This document shows positions 57,200 through 60,000 of a stretch of 60,000 nt of DNA, one piece after another (the first letter of the stretch is position 1; every line of letters begins with the position of its first letter). The position numbers and the translations under genes are program-made. Under the pieces are notes generated by a model. That model was not told the DNA's origin, ran no database searches, and saw nothing but the letters and a program-made list of their open reading frames with translations. The stretch is from Amphiscolops sp. MND2022 (Eukaryota), in assembly GCA_964187785.1 (NCBI GenBank), contig OZ076409.1, positions 64,172,001 to 64,232,000 of the forward strand. Reading direction: 5' to 3'.

Positions 57200-58871
57200 A
57201 AAACTTGGGACTTGTTGAACTTTTGCATTATTTTATATGTTTACATCACCTTATAAATTATGTAGTGAATGGCCTTAAAGGGAACTATTCCCTTATTCTG
57301 ACATTTGAATTGATATACTTGATAGTAAAAATTCCGGATGGTTTAGGTTTTGTCCAATAGTACCATATTAGTCTGTTAACATGAAAATGTGCTGTTTGTT
57401 ATGTTATGTTGATGATGAAATCAATATAGAAGCTGGATATAAACAACTGTAAAACGATACGGAAACGAGTTCAAATGGACTCCCGTATACGTGCTACAAT
57501 GTCGCTTGTGCTTTTATTCTGGCCAATCAGAGGCTTACAAATCTGTGCAGTACTCTATTTGCCGATTATGGCTCATTGACTAAATGATTAAAACGCTGCA
57601 TGTGCTATTTAGGCAAACGGCCGAGTCTGGCCTTTCAATCTATTAAGATTAAAAGTGTAGGTAAATGATGCTATCGTCAAGTGCTATTATTAACTCTAAT
57701 TTGATGGCCTTTATTGCACGAGAAGGCTTTGATTGATGATTTAGAATGATGAGTATTGTTTTAGTAAGTTATTATTAAATAATCACCCTCAATGTTGTAC
57801 CAACTATAAACAGAACATGAAAACAAGTATAGTGGCCTTATCAGGCTCGCTCAGCAATCCACCAACTATGTAAATTGGTTGACCCTGACCGAATTTGTTG
57901 TGTCACGCGACCCCACATACCTAAGTCCCGTGCATATAAACAACTATGTTATTGAATACCTGTTGATCAGGAAATATTATTCAAGAATGTGAAAATTGTT
58001 GACGGTTAAATATTTGTTGCTTTGACTTAATGAATTGATTTTAATGAACATTGGTGACGTTTGTCTTGTGACCCAATAGGGCCACAACCTTGTGACCTTG
58101 TCTAGATCAAACATCCGAAGAATGTGAGTGTCATCCCCTCAGGCGTACAAATACCCGTACTCCTGCAGGGAGATTCATTCAAAACCCTTCTCTCAACCTG
58201 ATCAAGACTAAATTTGTACAAAACAGTTTACTGTTAGTTTTCCGGACATATAAATAATTCAGTGTTTATACTCGGATTTTCTCTTATGCCTACCACCAGG
58301 AATCAGAAGAAAACCAGAAAGTCCCGCGGACTAGAAATCCTTTCAGACATTGAGAACTTAGATATAATGCTAGGCGGAGACCATTTTAATGGAGCCGAGA
58401 GAGAAAGAAGCCTAGATAGTACTTCTGCAAGAAGGAGAGAAAGTATTACAAGCAATAATTTGGAAAATGAGGGAGAAAGTCCATACTCAAATCACAGAAA
58501 TGATGATCTTAGGACTAGTGCCGATTACGGCCGACACTCAGCTGATGCAAGCTCTCAAGCTGAAATTAACAAATTGTCGTGTGAGTTAAACTCTAGGATA
58601 TCCAGAGAGATGGATGAAATGATGAATAGCGTTAGCTCCCAGATTCAGAGAGCCATAAACGAGGCTATAAATACCCAAGTATTACCACAAATACAAAATG
58701 TTATAATGGCCGGATCGGGACGCGAGGCTAGAAGGGGATGGGAAGCTCCTATGGAGAGACCGGAAATAAGTACCGAAGCGCGCCGTAGTGTAAATGCGAA
58801 GGCCCATCTTAGAAATGAACAAGACGATGAACACCACAATGGTGAATTGCCCAATCGAAACGTTCATGACA
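57111..58871 (+). repeat. 3' LTR of E2 (1761 bp) with an uninterrupted Gag N-terminal frame
   Basis: Direct repeat of 41590-43351; followed by TSD CCTAC. Confidence 0.96.
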
Positions 58872-59425
58872 CCTACCACTTGGCCTTCCGCTTCGTGCAG
58901 ACCCAGTGACAAGATTTCCAGACCCAGTTACAAGGTATGAGAAGCAGGAGTCCGAGTCCCGCAATAAACCAAACTTTTTATATTTGCAAAGGTAGAGGCC
59001 AAAAGGTCCCACCTTTAAAATTTCGCACTGACCGACTTCTTTTTCTAATTGGTTGTTTGCAAAGTTAACCAATTCTAACAAATGAATGCCTCAACATTTC
59101 AACTTTTGGAATGAAATAAGATTTTCGTACAGTACTGTTTTACAAGAGCTACTTTCCAAACCAACATAGCTAGTATTAAAAAAAACATTTCATCGATTTA
59201 TACGCAAGATGAAAATATCAGCCGGGGGCTCGATAATGTTCTCAACAAAGTCTTGAATTCCTTGTTAAAAATTGTCAAACAATTCAAAATTAGGTTTTCT
59301 CGAAAGTTCTAGTCTGGCTGAGATTTTCAAGAAATTAAAAGAGTAATTTACTTATAATCTGCTTCACGGTGTACTTCATTCAAAATTATACCTTTCAACT
59401 TATTTCTTTTCACATACACTTCTAA

Positions 59426-60000
59426 TGTAACGGCAAGCGCTAAGCGTTTGGGACGAAACATTGGAGTGGAGGAACTGACACTATGGATATGGTCCGGGAC
59501 AAACCACCATAGTATCAGCTCACTTTGTCCTCCTGTGGGTAGCCGGTCCCGAGGAGGCGGAACCGTCCTAAAAGATGCTCTCTGACCTGTCCCAGTCTTT
59601 AACTGCTGAGAATAACGGGCATTATGCTTTTTCTCTTCACAACCACCGTCTAAAAAGCCTATAAAAATAAATGGGGCTAGTTGCATAGAACTCAATTGAA
59701 TCGTCCAGAATCGTAAATAGCATCAAAAGCTCTCGAGTAACAAATTAATCAAACAAATCATTAAAACAGCCTCATAAAAGAGTTAAATCCAGTCTTTGGC
59801 GAGCAGTTGAGTCTAGGTGGCATAGCACCGGTGGTTCTTGGGGTGATCACAACCCTGGGTCCGGGAATGGCAATTATCTGAGCATATGGGTGGTCTGGCA
59901 CGATACATTTTCATCTTGTCACCGTGGGTTTTCTCGAAATTTAGCGTTTGGGCTAGGCTCTCGGGCCTTTTCGCAGGTCCATCTTACGCTTTTTCATTTC
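59426..60000 (+). mobile_element. LTR (running off the window) related to the solo LTR at 38733-39453
   Basis: Starts TGTAACGGC; GGATATGGTCCGGGACAAACCAC...TATCAGCTCACTTTGTCCTCC is the reverse complement of ~39345-39395. Confidence 0.6.

Larger units (their letters stand above)
41590..58871 (+). mobile_element. Ty3/Gypsy LTR retrotransposon E2 (~17.3 kb, decayed), same architecture as E1
   Basis: LTRs 41590-43351 and 57111-58871; perfect 5-bp TSD CCTAC (41585-41589, 58872-58876); PBS TGGTGACAG; gag-PR-RT-RH-IN. Confidence 0.97.

Overview
Eukaryotic (invertebrate-like, AT-rich) repeat-dominated DNA with one 200-N gap and no recognisable host gene. It holds two decayed, full-length, unusually large Ty3/Gypsy LTR retrotransposons from diverged sister families: E1 at 2308-18847 and E2 at 41590-58871 (TSD CCTAC). 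A solo LTR of a third sister family lies at 29527-30951 (TSD GTTAA). E1 and E2 share an architecture I do not recognise as described. (i) LTRs of ~1.7 kb start TGTCGCAG and their U5 encodes ~190 codons of Gag read through the PBS. (ii) gag and pol are joined by a -1 slippery site. (iii) A multi-exon ANTISENSE gene has three internal exons of identical length in both families (486/135/82 nt, same intron phases); it encodes a BED-like zinc-finger, apparently catalytically dead hAT-transposase-like protein. (iv) An extra sense ORF (SIM-like motif plus conserved CxxC domain) runs across the internal/3'LTR junction, where no polypurine tract exists. Between the elements lie a ~2.3 kb foldback palindrome, an 84-bp satellite with a 12-mer higher-order duplication, a deleted hAT transposon, three Merlin-like MITEs, other solo LTRs and Helitron-like ends. 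All calls are from reading the sequence by eye; no searches were run.
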